Virus record (IMG/VR): IMGVR_UViG_3300005805_000045
Span: 99,886 to 163,885 of that record
DNA length: 64,000 nucleotides
Strand: one strand, 5' to 3'
From: a virus
The notes below the pieces were generated by a model. The model saw only the letters and a program-made list of their open reading frames with translations, did not search any database and had not been told where the DNA came from. Below, in pieces: positions 35,174 through 46,368 of this stretch (positions are counted from its first letter, which is position 1; every line of letters starts with the position of its first letter). Made by a program: the position numbers and the translations under genes.

Positions 35174-36437
35174 TTGCTTTTTCCTTTGAGAACAGTTCTG
35201 TGAACACCTGCCAAATACCTGTATTTTCAAATACCATTCGAATTTGTAGATGTGGATACTTATCGATGATATAAATGTAGGTTCGCCAAAGTTCAGATAT
35301 CATACCCATTGCAGCGGTATGAGGATTGGCGGCTTCAACATATGCAAAGTATTGTACCTTGGGCATCAGAGCAGCCATTTCATCCGCAATGTAGTCATAA
35401 TCAAATGATGCGTTGTCACCATCTGAACACTGAGCCACATAGATGTTCCAGTCAGATAGTGGATACCGCTTGTCAATGATTTGATTGGTCAGTGTCAGAG
35501 CAGAGGATACAAGTGTGCCGCCTGTTTCACGAGAATGAAAGAACGTGTCTTCATCAACTTCTTGAGCACGATCATGATGTGAGATGAAAACGACTTCTAG
35601 CTTTTCATACTTGCGTTTGAGAAACATGTGAAGTAGCATGAAGAATCGTTTTGCAATGTCCTTCTCTCTTTCTCCCATAGACGCAGAGATGTCCATCACA
35701 CAGAACATAACAGCCTGGGTGATTGGCTTGGGAACAGGAACATAGTTGCGATACTTCACATCAAAGGGGTCGATCCAGGGCACAGCAATCTGCTTGGCTT
35801 TCAATTCTTCAATACGAAGTTTGATCTTTTCAATTTCTTCTGAATCAGTTTCAGTTTCAAGTTGTTGTTCTAGTTCTTCGATGTCCTCGTTTTTGGGACG
35901 ATTGAGACCAATGCGACGACCAATAGCGTTCTTGGCTGTTCGTGCAATGTCAATCTGGTTGGGTGTGCCGAAGCTCTTGTAACCAGCCTTCTGATACTCA
36001 ACCAGAGTGGTGTTCTTAAGTTGCTTCTTGATCAGGTTGGGCAGTTCAAGTTCATCGAATAGAAAGTCAGCAAACTCTTCTTGAGTTAGCAGAAACTCAA
36101 AGTCATCTTCGCCAGTGCCCTTGCCTGCTTGTTTGCCTCTTCCACCAGAGGAACCGTTTTGGTCTTCTTTGGGTACCTTGTCGCCATGAACGTATTGCTT
36201 GTTACCAGGAAGAACGTACTTTTTATTCCCTGTGCGACGATCAATAGAGAAGGATGGCTCCGAAACACCCTTCACCTTGATCTTGGTCTTGGTAGTATCG
36301 ATGTCCTTGATACTACCCTTTTCGATGATCTCTTTTACTCTCTCACGAATCGCAGACTTGGAACGCTGAATAAACTTCTGCCGATTGCGGATAGTCTTAT
36401 CTCGTGGATTCTTTCTGCGATCAATGATTGTTGTCAT
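35166..36437 (-). CDS. yeaH: YeaH/YhbH (DUF444) vWA-type protein
   Basis: IIDRR, VLPGN, AVMFCVMDISASM, ETGGT.VSS, SDGDN. Confidence 0.95.
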   Translation of the reverse strand: MTTIIDRRKNPRDKTIRNRQKFIQRSKSAIRERVKEIIEKGSIKDIDTTKTKIKVKGVSEPSFSIDRRTGNKKYVLPGNKQYVHGDKVPKEDQNGSSGGRGKQAGKGTGEDDFEFLLTQEEFADFLFDELELPNLIKKQLKNTTLVEYQKAGYKSFGTPNQIDIARTAKNAIGRRIGLNRPKNEDIEELEQQLETETDSEEIEKIKLRIEELKAKQIAVPWIDPFDVKYRNYVPVPKPITQAVMFCVMDISASMGEREKDIAKRFFMLLHMFLKRKYEKLEVVFISHHDRAQEVDEDTFFHSRETGGTLVSSALTLTNQIIDKRYPLSDWNIYVAQCSDGDNASFDYDYIADEMAALMPKVQYFAYVEAANPHTAAMGMISELWRTYIYIIDKYPHLQIRMVFENTGIWQVFTELFSKEKANG

Positions 36438-38374
36438 TAAGAGCTTTTCCGAATACGAAGATACCATTCAACAAGGCGACGAATTTGACGTGGTGTGTAG
36501 CCACGATCTTCCATACGCTTGATGAAGTCCTTGTGCTTGCGATCCATCTCTTTGTCCTTCTTACCTTCAAAAGAGATGACAGGTAGAATGTCTTCTACTT
36601 GTGAGAACATACGCTTTTCGATCACATCACGAAGAACAGAGTATGAAGTCCACTTGGGATTCTTGCCATTGTTCTCAGGCTTCGCACGGGCACGCAGACA
36701 AAACTGAACAACCTCGTTACGGAAATCCTTGGGGTTACCGATACCAGCAGGCTTCTCAACCTTCTCTAGTTCGTCATTAAGCAAAGACCTGTCCATGAGC
36801 AAACCAGTATCTGGGTCTTTGAACTCTGAGTCCTGGCACCATGCATCGGCAAACTCAATGTACCGATCAAATAGATTCTGTCCATATTCATTGTAGCTTT
36901 CCAAATACGCCTTTTGAATCTCGTTGCCAAGGAACTCGGCATACCGAGGTGATAGTTCAGACTTGATGAAGTCCAGATAGGTTTCTTCCTTCTCTTCACC
37001 AAACTGTTCGCCTTTGACTGACTGTTCAAGAATGTACATGAGATGCACAGGATCGGCAGCAACTTCTTCAGCAGTGAAGTTGAAGGTCTTGGAGAGAATC
37101 TTATAGGCAAACCGAGTTGAGATGCCTTCCATGCCTTCGTCAACACCAGCCACGTCACGATACTCTTGAATAGTCTTGGCTCGTGGATCAGACTCACGAA
37201 TGTTCTCACCGTTATAAACACGCATCTTGGAGAACAGAGTTGAGTTGTCATGGAACTTTAACCGAGTGAGAATAGAGAACTGTGCCAACATTTCTACGGT
37301 CTGTGGTGCACAAGGAGCATTCTTGAGTGATGATGACCGAATCATCTTCTCGTAAATCTTCTTCTCTTCATCAACACGTAGGCAGTATGGCACCTTGATT
37401 ACGCAGATACGATCCAAGAAGGCTTCGTTGTTCTTATTGCCACGAAAGGCTTGCCACTCAGATTCGTTAGAGTGTGCTAGAACGATGCCTTGAAATGGAA
37501 TAGCAGAGATGGCTTCGGTGCCGACGTAATTGCCTTCCTGTGTTGCAGTTAGCAAAGGATGTAGCACCTTGATTGGTGCCTTGAACATTTCGACGAACTC
37601 AAGAAGACCTTGGTTGGCGCGGCAGAGACCACCAGAATAAGAATATGCATCGGAATCGTTTTGGCTGAACTTCTCAAGTTTACGAATATCAACCTTACCG
37701 ACCAGAGTTGAGATGTCTTGATTGTTCTCATCTCCTGGCTCAGTCTTCATGACTGCGATTTGTTCCAGCTTGGAAGGCTTGAGCTTGACCACACGGAACT
37801 TGGAGAGATCACCATTGAACTGTTTGAGCCGCTTGAGAGCCCAGGGTGATGGGATTGTGTTGAGATAGCGGGGATCGATGCCATATTGCTCTTCGATTGA
37901 GCGAGCATACTTTGTGAAGAGTGCTAGTGGTGTCTCAAATACAGGAGACACTTCACCTGTTTCTGTGGCTAGAGCATAAATGGGATGTGTTTCCATTAGC
38001 TCCTTGAGCTTTTCAGCGAGAGACGACTTGCCGCCACCTACAGGACCAAGAAGATAGAGAATCTGCTTGCGTTCTTCTAGACCTTGCGCAGCGTGCTTGA
38101 AGAATCCAACGATACGTTCAATAGTGTCTTCCATGCCATAGAAATCTTCAAATGCAGGATAAACACGAACGGTGCGATTGGTAAAGATGCGTGATAGTCG
38201 GGCATCTTTTGAGGTGTCAACCAGTTTTGGCTCACCGATTGCTGCGACCATTCTTTCAGCAGCAGAGGCATATGCCATTTTATCTTTAGAGCAGAGTGTG
38301 AGGTAATCATCTAGGGTTAGTGTCTGTTTTTCGGCACTATCATAGTCCGCCTTGAACTTTTGTAGGATTGACAT
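36437..38374 (-). CDS. prkA: PrkA/YeaG AAA+ ATPase (annotated serine kinase)
   Basis: GLEERKQILYLLGPVGGGKSS, PGDENNQDIS, EFVEMFKAPIK; TCTAAATA at 38407-38414. Confidence 0.96.
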   Translation of the reverse strand: MSILQKFKADYDSAEKQTLTLDDYLTLCSKDKMAYASAAERMVAAIGEPKLVDTSKDARLSRIFTNRTVRVYPAFEDFYGMEDTIERIVGFFKHAAQGLEERKQILYLLGPVGGGKSSLAEKLKELMETHPIYALATETGEVSPVFETPLALFTKYARSIEEQYGIDPRYLNTIPSPWALKRLKQFNGDLSKFRVVKLKPSKLEQIAVMKTEPGDENNQDISTLVGKVDIRKLEKFSQNDSDAYSYSGGLCRANQGLLEFVEMFKAPIKVLHPLLTATQEGNYVGTEAISAIPFQGIVLAHSNESEWQAFRGNKNNEAFLDRICVIKVPYCLRVDEEKKIYEKMIRSSSLKNAPCAPQTVEMLAQFSILTRLKFHDNSTLFSKMRVYNGENIRESDPRAKTIQEYRDVAGVDEGMEGISTRFAYKILSKTFNFTAEEVAADPVHLMYILEQSVKGEQFGEEKEETYLDFIKSELSPRYAEFLGNEIQKAYLESYNEYGQNLFDRYIEFADAWCQDSEFKDPDTGLLMDRSLLNDELEKVEKPAGIGNPKDFRNEVVQFCLRARAKPENNGKNPKWTSYSVLRDVIEKRMFSQVEDILPVISFEGKKDKEMDRKHKDFIKRMEDRGYTPRQIRRLVEWYLRIRKSS

Positions 38375-38503
38375 TATGGTTAAATCCCTTGCTATTGAAC
38401 ATGCTTTATTTAGACTAATCGTCTCTAGCATTTTTTATTGTAGCATAGATAGCAGCCCCAACCATAACAACTACACAAACAATGGCTATGATCACATCAT
38501 ACG

Positions 38504-39217
38504 TCATTTAGTAACCTTATATTCAACACCTGCCGCAACTGTTCCGTAGGCATGAGTGTCTGTGATGCCCGTAATCGGTGTGACTGCCTGGATACCCAGC
38601 TTAGCACATAGGGCAATCTGTTTTTTGGGACTACCTGATCCTGCTTCAAACATACCAAATTCACAAAGAAAGGATGTATCAAACTTGGCATCAATGACAG
38701 CCTGAAGTTGATCTTCATCCAGATTCTTGATCATCAGTTTTGTCTTAATGTTCTTGGCTTTCAGTTGATCACGTAATTCAGTGTAAAATTGAACAGTCTT
38801 TTCTGGATCATTCTTGATCGTTGAACTGTCAAGATTATCTATCTCACAAGAATATGCGTTGTGTGTCTTGTAATAATATTCAAACTGCTGAAGATTCTTT
38901 TCTCTCCAACCCTTTGAGTACCACTTGGTCTTCCAACCATTCTGTTTTGTGTTGATACCGACAGTGCCAGCAAGATAGCGAATTTGATTCTGTTCTTCTT
39001 TGGACCAGGACCACATGCCAGGACCAACCAAATACACATGAAGATTTGTACCAAGTGATTTGACTGATTTAACAGTGGGCATAGCATCTTCATCAGGTGT
39101 ATCGCTGTACCCTGGGTCGATGCCAATGAGAATATCCTTGCCGTGTGTGTCTACCAATTTTTTTACACGCAGAGGAGGAATTCCATCGTTACAATTTAGG
39201 AAAAATCTCTTGAGCAT
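38504..39217 (-). CDS. hypothetical protein, possibly TIM-barrel glycoside-hydrolase-like
   Basis: EIDNLD...KN...E pattern reminiscent of GH114-like enzymes (weak). Confidence 0.55.
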   Translation of the reverse strand: MLKRFFLNCNDGIPPLRVKKLVDTHGKDILIGIDPGYSDTPDEDAMPTVKSVKSLGTNLHVYLVGPGMWSWSKEEQNQIRYLAGTVGINTKQNGWKTKWYSKGWREKNLQQFEYYYKTHNAYSCEIDNLDSSTIKNDPEKTVQFYTELRDQLKAKNIKTKLMIKNLDEDQLQAVIDAKFDTSFLCEFGMFEAGSGSPKKQIALCAKLGIQAVTPITGITDTHAYGTVAAGVEYKVTK

Positions 39218-39247
39218 TTTGTTTCCTTTTGTTTATACGGTAGATCA

Positions 39248-40225
39248 TCACATCTTTGGCTTCTTTTTCAAAATGTCTTCAATGCTCACACCGATCTCAG
39301 ATTGACCAGCAAAGGCTGTTCCGACTTCGTTTGCCTTGAACCGTGTCAGACCAAAGGTATAAGCATTATCAGGCAGGGGAAGATAATTGACTTCCTTGAT
39401 TAGCTTAGATGCGTTTGCCATCATAAACTCAACAAACTGTGCAACCTCTGGCTTCTTGGCTTCCTTGGCCGACACATAGATGAAGAGTGGACGAGACAGT
39501 GGGCTATATGATCCCTTGAGAACATTTTCAAAAGAGGGAGCCACACATCCAGAGCCGCCATCAATCTCAAGTGCCTTCAGCTTGTCCTTGTTGGAGAAGT
39601 AATAAGCAAAGCCAAAATAGCCTAGAGCATCAGGATTGCCCACAACACCCTTCACAAGAACATTGTCGTCCTCAGATGCCGTATAGTCACCTCGTGAAGA
39701 TTTGGCTTTACCGACGATGGCTTCAGTGAAGTAATCAAATGTACCCGAGTCAGAGCCAGCCCCAAACAGACGGAGTTGCTGATTTGACCATGCAGAATTG
39801 ACTTGGTTCCAACGCATGACGACATTTTGGCTTTCTGGTGCCCACATCGTCTTCAGTTCAGAAACCTTGATGCACTTGAGTGGATTGGCTTTGTTGACGA
39901 CGACAGTGAGAGCATCATAGGCAAGTGGCAGTTCGATAAACTCAATACCGTTTGCTTTACAGGCTTCGATCTCTGACTTGAGAATAGGACGAGAGCCGTT
40001 TGAGAATTGGGTTTCGCCACGACAGAACTTCTTGAAACCACCACCAGTACCAGAAATACCAACTGTTACTCGTACCTGATTCTTGGTGCTCTTCTGATAT
40101 TCTTCGGCTAGTGCTTCAACGATTGGAAACACAGTAGACGAGCCATCAATAGCAATCGTCTTGGTCTGTGCTAGTACAGGTGTAGTTAGGAATAGTAGCA
40201 TTGCTGTAGTCAAAAGTTTCTTCAT
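39248..40225 (-). CDS. pstS: phosphate ABC transporter substrate-binding protein
   Basis: signal peptide; [39 protein letters not shown]. Confidence 0.96.
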   Translation of the reverse strand: MKKLLTTAMLLFLTTPVLAQTKTIAIDGSSTVFPIVEALAEEYQKSTKNQVRVTVGISGTGGGFKKFCRGETQFSNGSRPILKSEIEACKANGIEFIELPLAYDALTVVVNKANPLKCIKVSELKTMWAPESQNVVMRWNQVNSAWSNQQLRLFGAGSDSGTFDYFTEAIVGKAKSSRGDYTASEDDNVLVKGVVGNPDALGYFGFAYYFSNKDKLKALEIDGGSGCVAPSFENVLKGSYSPLSRPLFIYVSAKEAKKPEVAQFVEFMMANASKLIKEVNYLPLPDNAYTFGLTRFKANEVGTAFAGQSEIGVSIEDILKKKPKM

Positions 40226-40247
40226 GATATTATTCTCCATTCAGTTA

Positions 40248-41058
40248 TCACTTATTCTTTTTCTGATTCGTATTATCTATATCAGCAGCAATCTCGTCAA
40301 TGATCTGGCGAAGCTGTTGGCGGAGACGCTGGATCTCTTCAGCAGCATCCCGAGCAGTCTTGGCTTCTGTGTATGTACCAAACTGCTCATTGATTTCGGC
40401 ATAGGCTTTCAGTCTGTCAACAATGTCAGCCATTATTAAAACTTTCTTGGTATGCTTTTCTGGCAATCTTGATATGTTCCAGATAAAGCCACTGCACTTT
40501 GTCATGTGATAGTTCAACGTAATCGAAACCGATTTTTCGTAATGCTTCCCTAAGACGTTCAATTTCATTTTTTGCTTCTACAAGAACACTACTTGATATA
40601 GTAGTTTTAGCATTTTCGTCCCACCCATCATGAGTGGACTTTTCAAGAATATCTACTATGTCAGTCATCTTTCTTTCCTGTTGTCTGTGTGATGTCTTGG
40701 ACTAACTCTCTAACCATATTTCTCCAAAATTCTTTTTGATCTTCTTTATAATGTGTTGCCCAACCACCACCATTATTACCCAAAGCAATTCTCATGGCGT
40801 ATTTTTCAATTTGGTCTTCGGTCATCTCTTTTCCCACCATTTGTTTAGATCACGAATACAATTTGGGCACACATCAGCGCAATCTTTTACATCTGAAGGT
40901 AATCCTTTTTTGTTTAACCAAATAGGACCATTGGCTTGAGCATACCAAACCTTACCCCATTTGTAGAATCTTTCAGTAGCATATGGTTCATCAGTATTCT
41001 CTTTTACACCACACCGATCACATGTGACAACATCATAAGTCTTGCATGTCATAATCAA
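40248..41058 (-). other. cluster of small hypothetical ORFs (40433-40248, 40668-40426, 41058-40822)
   Basis: first two share M(A/T)DIVD.L...A..EI.RLR. Confidence 0.6.
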
Positions 41059-41894
41059 ATCTCCACAGTTCCTGGTCCATCAAATTGTGAATAACTTCGT
41101 TCCATGTAATAGCCCTGTTGTTTGGCTACAACACGGCACTCACCAACCATATAGTCCTTGTTTTGATGTGTGTGCCCATGAATCCAGACCTTGATTTGTG
41201 GATTATCTAAAATGAACTCAGACAGATCAGAACAATAAGCGCCGTCCATGCCGTTACCAATATGATCAGGATGTAAAGACTGATTCGTTGGTCCGTGATG
41301 TGTAAAGACAACCACTTTGTTACCTAACGCAACATTAGTCTTTAGAAACTCCAGAGACTTTTTGTGCTCCTCAAGAATAAACTCTGGAGTGATAGTTCTA
41401 GATGTATATCTGTTGAAATAGTTCATATCTTCTACGTCCATTGAACCAATCACTCTGAAATCATTCATACCACGACCACACATATACATGGAGAAATCGC
41501 TACCCTTTTCAAAGTCAGACCAGAGAGTGGAACCAACAAACATTGTATCATCAATAATGACACTATGATTATCACAGAACAAAATCTTTTCCATTCCGTG
41601 TCTGGAAAACCCTTCTTTTAGGTCAAGAAGTGTCTTGTGAAAGATGGAATTGTAGTGTTCATGATTACCCATAATATACAGCACATGATTGTACTTGTCG
41701 ATCACATCTTTTTTGAACTTGTTCATGAACTTGGAATGTGATCTAGCATCTTTATCGGTTCTTTTGTCACGGAACATGGCAGCAGTTGTGATGTCTCCAG
41801 CCAAAATCAGTACATCACCACCTTTGATATTTGGTAGTGGTCTACGGTGCTGAGAAAACTCAAAATGAAGGTCAGACATATAATCAATTTTCAT
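41055..41894 (-). CDS. metallophosphoesterase
   Basis: SDLH, LAGDI, GNHE, THH.P, WIHGHTH. Confidence 0.92.
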   Translation of the reverse strand: MKIDYMSDLHFEFSQHRRPLPNIKGGDVLILAGDITTAAMFRDKRTDKDARSHSKFMNKFKKDVIDKYNHVLYIMGNHEHYNSIFHKTLLDLKEGFSRHGMEKILFCDNHSVIIDDTMFVGSTLWSDFEKGSDFSMYMCGRGMNDFRVIGSMDVEDMNYFNRYTSRTITPEFILEEHKKSLEFLKTNVALGNKVVVFTHHGPTNQSLHPDHIGNGMDGAYCSDLSEFILDNPQIKVWIHGHTHQNKDYMVGECRVVAKQQGYYMERSYSQFDGPGTVEI

Positions 41895-43762
41895 TTTTGT
41901 TCCTCTTTGTGTTTTTCACACCTGCATCTCAACCAACCAGAATCATAGTTGATAGAACCTTTATCACCACATTCTTCGCAAATATATTCTGACATTTTTT
42001 CAGCAAGCATTACGGCACCATCAATAAAATCATTACCATCAATGTAATAAAATCTCAGTCCACCAAATTTCTCTTTTACTTGTGTTACTTGAGTTTCTGT
42101 TTCTTTGTTAGATTGTATTAGAGAACAAAGACTATCAAGTAATGTATACCAACCATCACCACACTCAAAACCAAAACACATATTTGATTGTGACGGTGGC
42201 AAGTCTTTTTGTTTGAAAAGTTCTGGATAGTTATCAAACAGTTGTTTTTGAAGTTCTCGTTTCATCATTTTTCATCCAAATATGATTTGAGTGATTGATA
42301 CATAATTTCCTGCATTCCAATGTCAGACATAACATCTAATGCTGCCTGTGCTTCAATTTTTTTCTCATTCTTATATTCTTCTGTCTGTTTATTCCAAAAT
42401 TCATCAACAGACATTTTTACATCTCTACTTACAAAAGTAGGTTCTTTATAAAGAGAATCAAGAGACATTTCTTCCTTTTTACCAACAACAATATCGCCAT
42501 TACCATCATAAGGATACTTAGCAACTGCTATTGCTTTTGCTATTTTTTCTACAAGAATTTGGTAGTCTGTCATACATCAATTACCTTTATTTTAGCGTTT
42601 TTTGGAACGGGTATTTTCCCTAACTCAACGTCTATTGCATCTTGACCAGTATACACTTGAGTTTTGTTTCCGTCAACCCATATTTCTGCTCTAAATTCAG
42701 GAGATGATATTGGAATCATATTCACAGCAAAATTTGATTCTGTATTTGATTGCTTTGAAAGCAGTTTGGAAAGAAACACATTAGTTTTCATTAAACTTTC
42801 TATTGTTTCTGTTTTTACCCTTAAACAATCAGGACAAATGAGAGATGTTGTATTATATTTTTCCTCTAAAGTTTCCCTGATACTATCATAACCATCATAT
42901 ATTAATTTACAATCGCATTCACTACAGTGAATATAATCACGATATGCCATTCAAACTCCAATCTTTTTGGATTTCACATATTCTTGTCTTACTTCTTCAC
43001 AAATATCTCTTAATTGTTGTTCAGTGATTTCGACAATAGTTTCAGGTTGTGTTGATAGTTCTTCGAAATCATCAGGATGAACTCTTACGCAATTATGATG
43101 TGTAACAAAGCACTGTAGACGAACTTTGCATGGTAGAGCAGGAATCAAATATCTCTCAACAACTCTTTTTAGTATTTCTTTGTCTATAGCAAATTCTTGA
43201 GTTGTAGTATGCCAAGGCACGTCATAGTTGTTTTCATAAACAAAGTCACTGAATTGATCACCATCTCTAAACCCCCATTTGGATAAGAGTGAATTTGACG
43301 AGAGTTTTGGATTGAAGGAAGTCATTTTTCTTCTCCTGCATCTAACCCTTCAAAGATGATGTTGTGGATGCTAAAATATCCACAATCCATACCAGGAACA
43401 TATGCATCAGGTTCAAATTCAAACACATCATAAAGCACATACCGATAAGAACCTCGATCTACCACGTCACCTTTATGAATACGTTTACAGACAGAGTAGA
43501 ATGCTTTGAGTTGATCTTCTTTGCTCAAGGAATCCCAATAAGCATCACATTCTTGTTCGTAGTCATTTACTTGTGGTTTCATAACACTTTCATCCTGTAT
43601 TTCCATCCAATATCCTTCTTCAGTAATGTAAACTTCTTTATCGTTGACTGTTACTTTGCCTTTTTTCAGTCCTTGTTTGATAAAAGAAGTCATACCATAA
43701 CTGTCATGAGGAACATACTGTTGTGTTTTACCATCTTCCCATTTCACGATCCATTTGGTCAT
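41891..43762 (-). other. AT-rich run of five translationally coupled hypothetical ORFs
   Basis: 41891-42268 (QVKEKFGGLRFY), 42265-42573, 42570-42950, 42951-43325, 43322-43762. Confidence 0.7.
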
Positions 43763-43796
43763 GGCATTTTCCTATGTCAAGAGAGTTAGTATGAGA

Positions 43797-43857
43797 AGTA
43801 TACCACATGAGAGAACGGAAGTCAACAGAAAAAATCTGTTGACAAATCAATCACTTA
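43797..43857 (-). promoter_or_regulatory. sigma70 promoter with a palindrome over the -35 and an IHF-consensus site
   Basis: TTGACT-17-TATACT with TGn extension; GTCAACAGA/TCTGTTGAC; AATCAATCACTTA at 43845-43857. Confidence 0.7.
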
Positions 43858-43859
43858 TG

Positions 43860-44414
43860 TCAACTCCATAGGCATTCATAATATTTACCAAACAGACGAA
43901 ACCCGTTCTTCATTCGGTTGTGATGTGCTTCTAGTCCTTCTTTGTCAATCTTGATAGGATTGTCCAACGACCATTCACCAACTTCAGGATCAGAATAATA
44001 CTGATTGTCCCAACCGTTATCTATGGTCTTTTGTTCAAACGACCAGATCATCTCGTCCATAACCCAGTTCCAGATTACAGACAAATCATCAACATCCTCA
44101 GTAAACTTATCTTTCAGGTGTTCAGGAACATCCTCAATATCCATCAATGGAACTCCAGGCTTCTGGGCTTTCAACTGACGAAGCATAGGCACAATGATAT
44201 GCGCCAGAGTATTGTCCATGCTCCACGTATCGTGGGAATCAATACGAACATAAATCTTTTGAGGACCACGAATCCATCGAATGAACTCAAACGGCCATAC
44301 AGGCAGTTTCTTTGCGATCTTGTCTTGGGCGTCTTCGGACAGAAACCAGAACAGTTTTTCGGTCACATGATATGGACCAAACCAATTCTTGTATTTGGTG
44401 ATACGAACTTTCAT
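43860..44414 (-). CDS. conserved phage hypothetical protein
   Basis: DTWSMD.TLA.II.PML.QLK...NGFRLFGKYY..LW. Confidence 0.8.
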   Translation of the reverse strand: MKVRITKYKNWFGPYHVTEKLFWFLSEDAQDKIAKKLPVWPFEFIRWIRGPQKIYVRIDSHDTWSMDNTLAHIIVPMLRQLKAQKPGVPLMDIEDVPEHLKDKFTEDVDDLSVIWNWVMDEMIWSFEQKTIDNGWDNQYYSDPEVGEWSLDNPIKIDKEGLEAHHNRMKNGFRLFGKYYECLWS

Positions 44415-44425
44415 GATATAAATCC

Positions 44426-44779
44426 TCAGATGGGACGATAGAGAACCTTGATTGAACACTTGGTGGATTCTAATTCAGTCTCAAAGATTTCGAGAGTGTC
44501 ATTGGGATCACAAGCACCACACATAAACACATCAATAGCGCAATAACCTTCCTCTGGCCACGTGTGAATCGAGATATGTGATTCAGCAAGCACGACGACG
44601 CCAGACACACCATACTCCTCACCGAAGTGATGGAAATGTTCTGTGATGACAGTTGCGTTAGCCTTCTTAGCCGCAGCAATACAGATATCCCGAATCTTGT
44701 CGTGATCACGCAAAAGGTCAGCACGATCCGACCAGAGTTCTAATATCAAGTGTTTGCCACCAGGAGGTACAACAGTCAT
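44426..44779 (-). CDS. speD: pyruvoyl-dependent S-adenosylmethionine decarboxylase
   Basis: GKHLILE, GVSGVVVLAESHISIHTWPE, DVFMCG. Confidence 0.93.
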   Translation of the reverse strand: MTVVPPGGKHLILELWSDRADLLRDHDKIRDICIAAAKKANATVITEHFHHFGEEYGVSGVVVLAESHISIHTWPEEGYCAIDVFMCGACDPNDTLEIFETELESTKCSIKVLYRPI

Positions 44780-44780
44780 T

Positions 44781-45098
44781 TCAATTCCCCGTTTTCTGAG
44801 TTAGATATTCTTTGACTAGACTCCTGACGTAATCATCACCACCAGTATAGACAATCTTTATCTGGTTGTCAAGACATCTGACTTCTTCAATCACAACCTG
44901 TGGAATCTTTGTTTGTGATGAGGTATTCATATAGTCCAGATACGCTTGGACAACATTACAGAACTCATACAGCCTATCGTATTCCTTGTGTTGACAGGTA
45001 TAGAATGTAACACAAACCTCAAGATCATGTGTAGAAGCCGACATTCTTTGGAAAATACGAGGGAAGTTTCTGATCAACATCAGTTCTTTCGACTTCAT
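44781..45098 (-). CDS. hypothetical protein
   Basis: ORF with GAGG RBS. Confidence 0.65.
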   Translation of the reverse strand: MKSKELMLIRNFPRIFQRMSASTHDLEVCVTFYTCQHKEYDRLYEFCNVVQAYLDYMNTSSQTKIPQVVIEEVRCLDNQIKIVYTGGDDYVRSLVKEYLTQKTGN

Positions 45099-45107
45099 AA
45101 GAGACCT

Positions 45108-45737
45108 CTATTTTATCTCAAACACAACCTCAAAATCTTGGCAGTCACGAAACATTTGAGGTAACAAATTGCCTTCTTCTTGAATCAGCACCTCGAGGTG
45201 CTGAAACTCATCTTTATATGAGTCGTTTGCCATCAATGCTGTTCTGACTAACTCGACACAGGAAATATGTGTGTCGTCTGCTAACTGAAACAGGTCATCA
45301 TAGGGCTTATTGTTTTGTTCGACTGCTTTGTCAATGATACGTGTCCATTCTACGTTGTTGATATTCTTGGGTGTCATCACGCAAACATAGTCACAGTCAA
45401 ATACCTCGTCGAATGTTGAGTAGTGAACACCAACAGCAGTTGCTTCCATAAACTTGAAATCGTCACGTTCATCAGGCGATTCGATGTTGTCCACGTTCAT
45501 GAGCACATGACTGTATGGAACCCACTTGCCCGTTTTGAGAAGAGTGATGAAACGAACAACGAGACTTGATAGAGAATAGTTGTTGCCTGTTAGAATGACA
45601 TAGTAACCTTTTGATAGTGTTGCTGCTAGTCTATCTTTCTCTAGAATGTTGATTTGCTTCTTACGTTTGAAATGGATGCGTGAAGGTATATACGCTAACA
45701 TGTGATAGAAGCGGTAAAACGGATTATCATAACTCAC
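45108..45737 (-). CDS. permuted papain-like (YiiX/YebB-type) protein
   Basis: YSHV...EA...GV...KPYD...SCVELV. Confidence 0.7.
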   Translation of the reverse strand: MSYDNPFYRFYHMLAYIPSRIHFKRKKQINILEKDRLAATLSKGYYVILTGNNYSLSSLVVRFITLLKTGKWVPYSHVLMNVDNIESPDERDDFKFMEATAVGVHYSTFDEVFDCDYVCVMTPKNINNVEWTRIIDKAVEQNNKPYDDLFQLADDTHISCVELVRTALMANDSYKDEFQHLEVLIQEEGNLLPQMFRDCQDFEVVFEIK

Positions 45738-46341
45738 GTAAGGCTCTTTCTATACAAATGATTGTTTCAGGTGCTTGTAGAATTTCACTATGATTGGCTT
45801 CGATCTTATATATCGAGGCTCCAGGTGGCGTCCACTTTGTTTGTGTTGTAATGGGGATCACACCATCAGATGGCTCATAGATCATGGGATTGAAGCCCGT
45901 GTTAGAGATCAACACGTCAATAGGATTGCGCTCGAATACCTTCTTGTGTAAGTTTTGAATGAATGTGGAATCAGGCACGATATCACGCAGAATAGGTGCG
46001 TGCCACATCAGCATAGCATGGAGCCAGCGATTCATTTTGAGACCAGAAAGTGGTGATGCGAGAGTGATTGTTCTGGATACGGTAGGACGTTGTGACAGTT
46101 TCAAAGCAACTAAGCCACCCATTGAATGTCCTGCTACAACTGTTTTGAGTCCGTTTTCTGAGACGTTCTCTAACTGTGACTTAGCACGGCGAACAATGTC
46201 CGCCATGCTTTCTCTTTGGCAGTCATACTCAAAGCAATGAATACGACCAACATTTGTATCATCTAGAACTTTTTTGGTAATGTAGTTAAAGCCTTGCTTA
46301 GAACACCATGCGCCATGGATGAGAAATAGATTCTTGTTCAT
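45727..46341 (-). CDS. alpha/beta hydrolase
   Basis: IHGA, GHSMGG, SDGV, NH. Confidence 0.9.
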   Translation of the reverse strand: MNKNLFLIHGAWCSKQGFNYITKKVLDDTNVGRIHCFEYDCQRESMADIVRRAKSQLENVSENGLKTVVAGHSMGGLVALKLSQRPTVSRTITLASPLSGLKMNRWLHAMLMWHAPILRDIVPDSTFIQNLHKKVFERNPIDVLISNTGFNPMIYEPSDGVIPITTQTKWTPPGASIYKIEANHSEILQAPETIICIERALREL

Positions 46342-46368
46342 GTGATCTCCTGACAAGGCTATTTATCA

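Noticed and set aside
33656-40225. Host contamination or prophage boundary
   Set aside because: Strand and dense gene coupling match the flanks, phage late-promoter motifs are present, and there is no integrase or att-like junction.
40225-40300. Pho box upstream of pstS (and phoH)
   Set aside because: No convincing tandem CTGTCAT-like repeats were seen.
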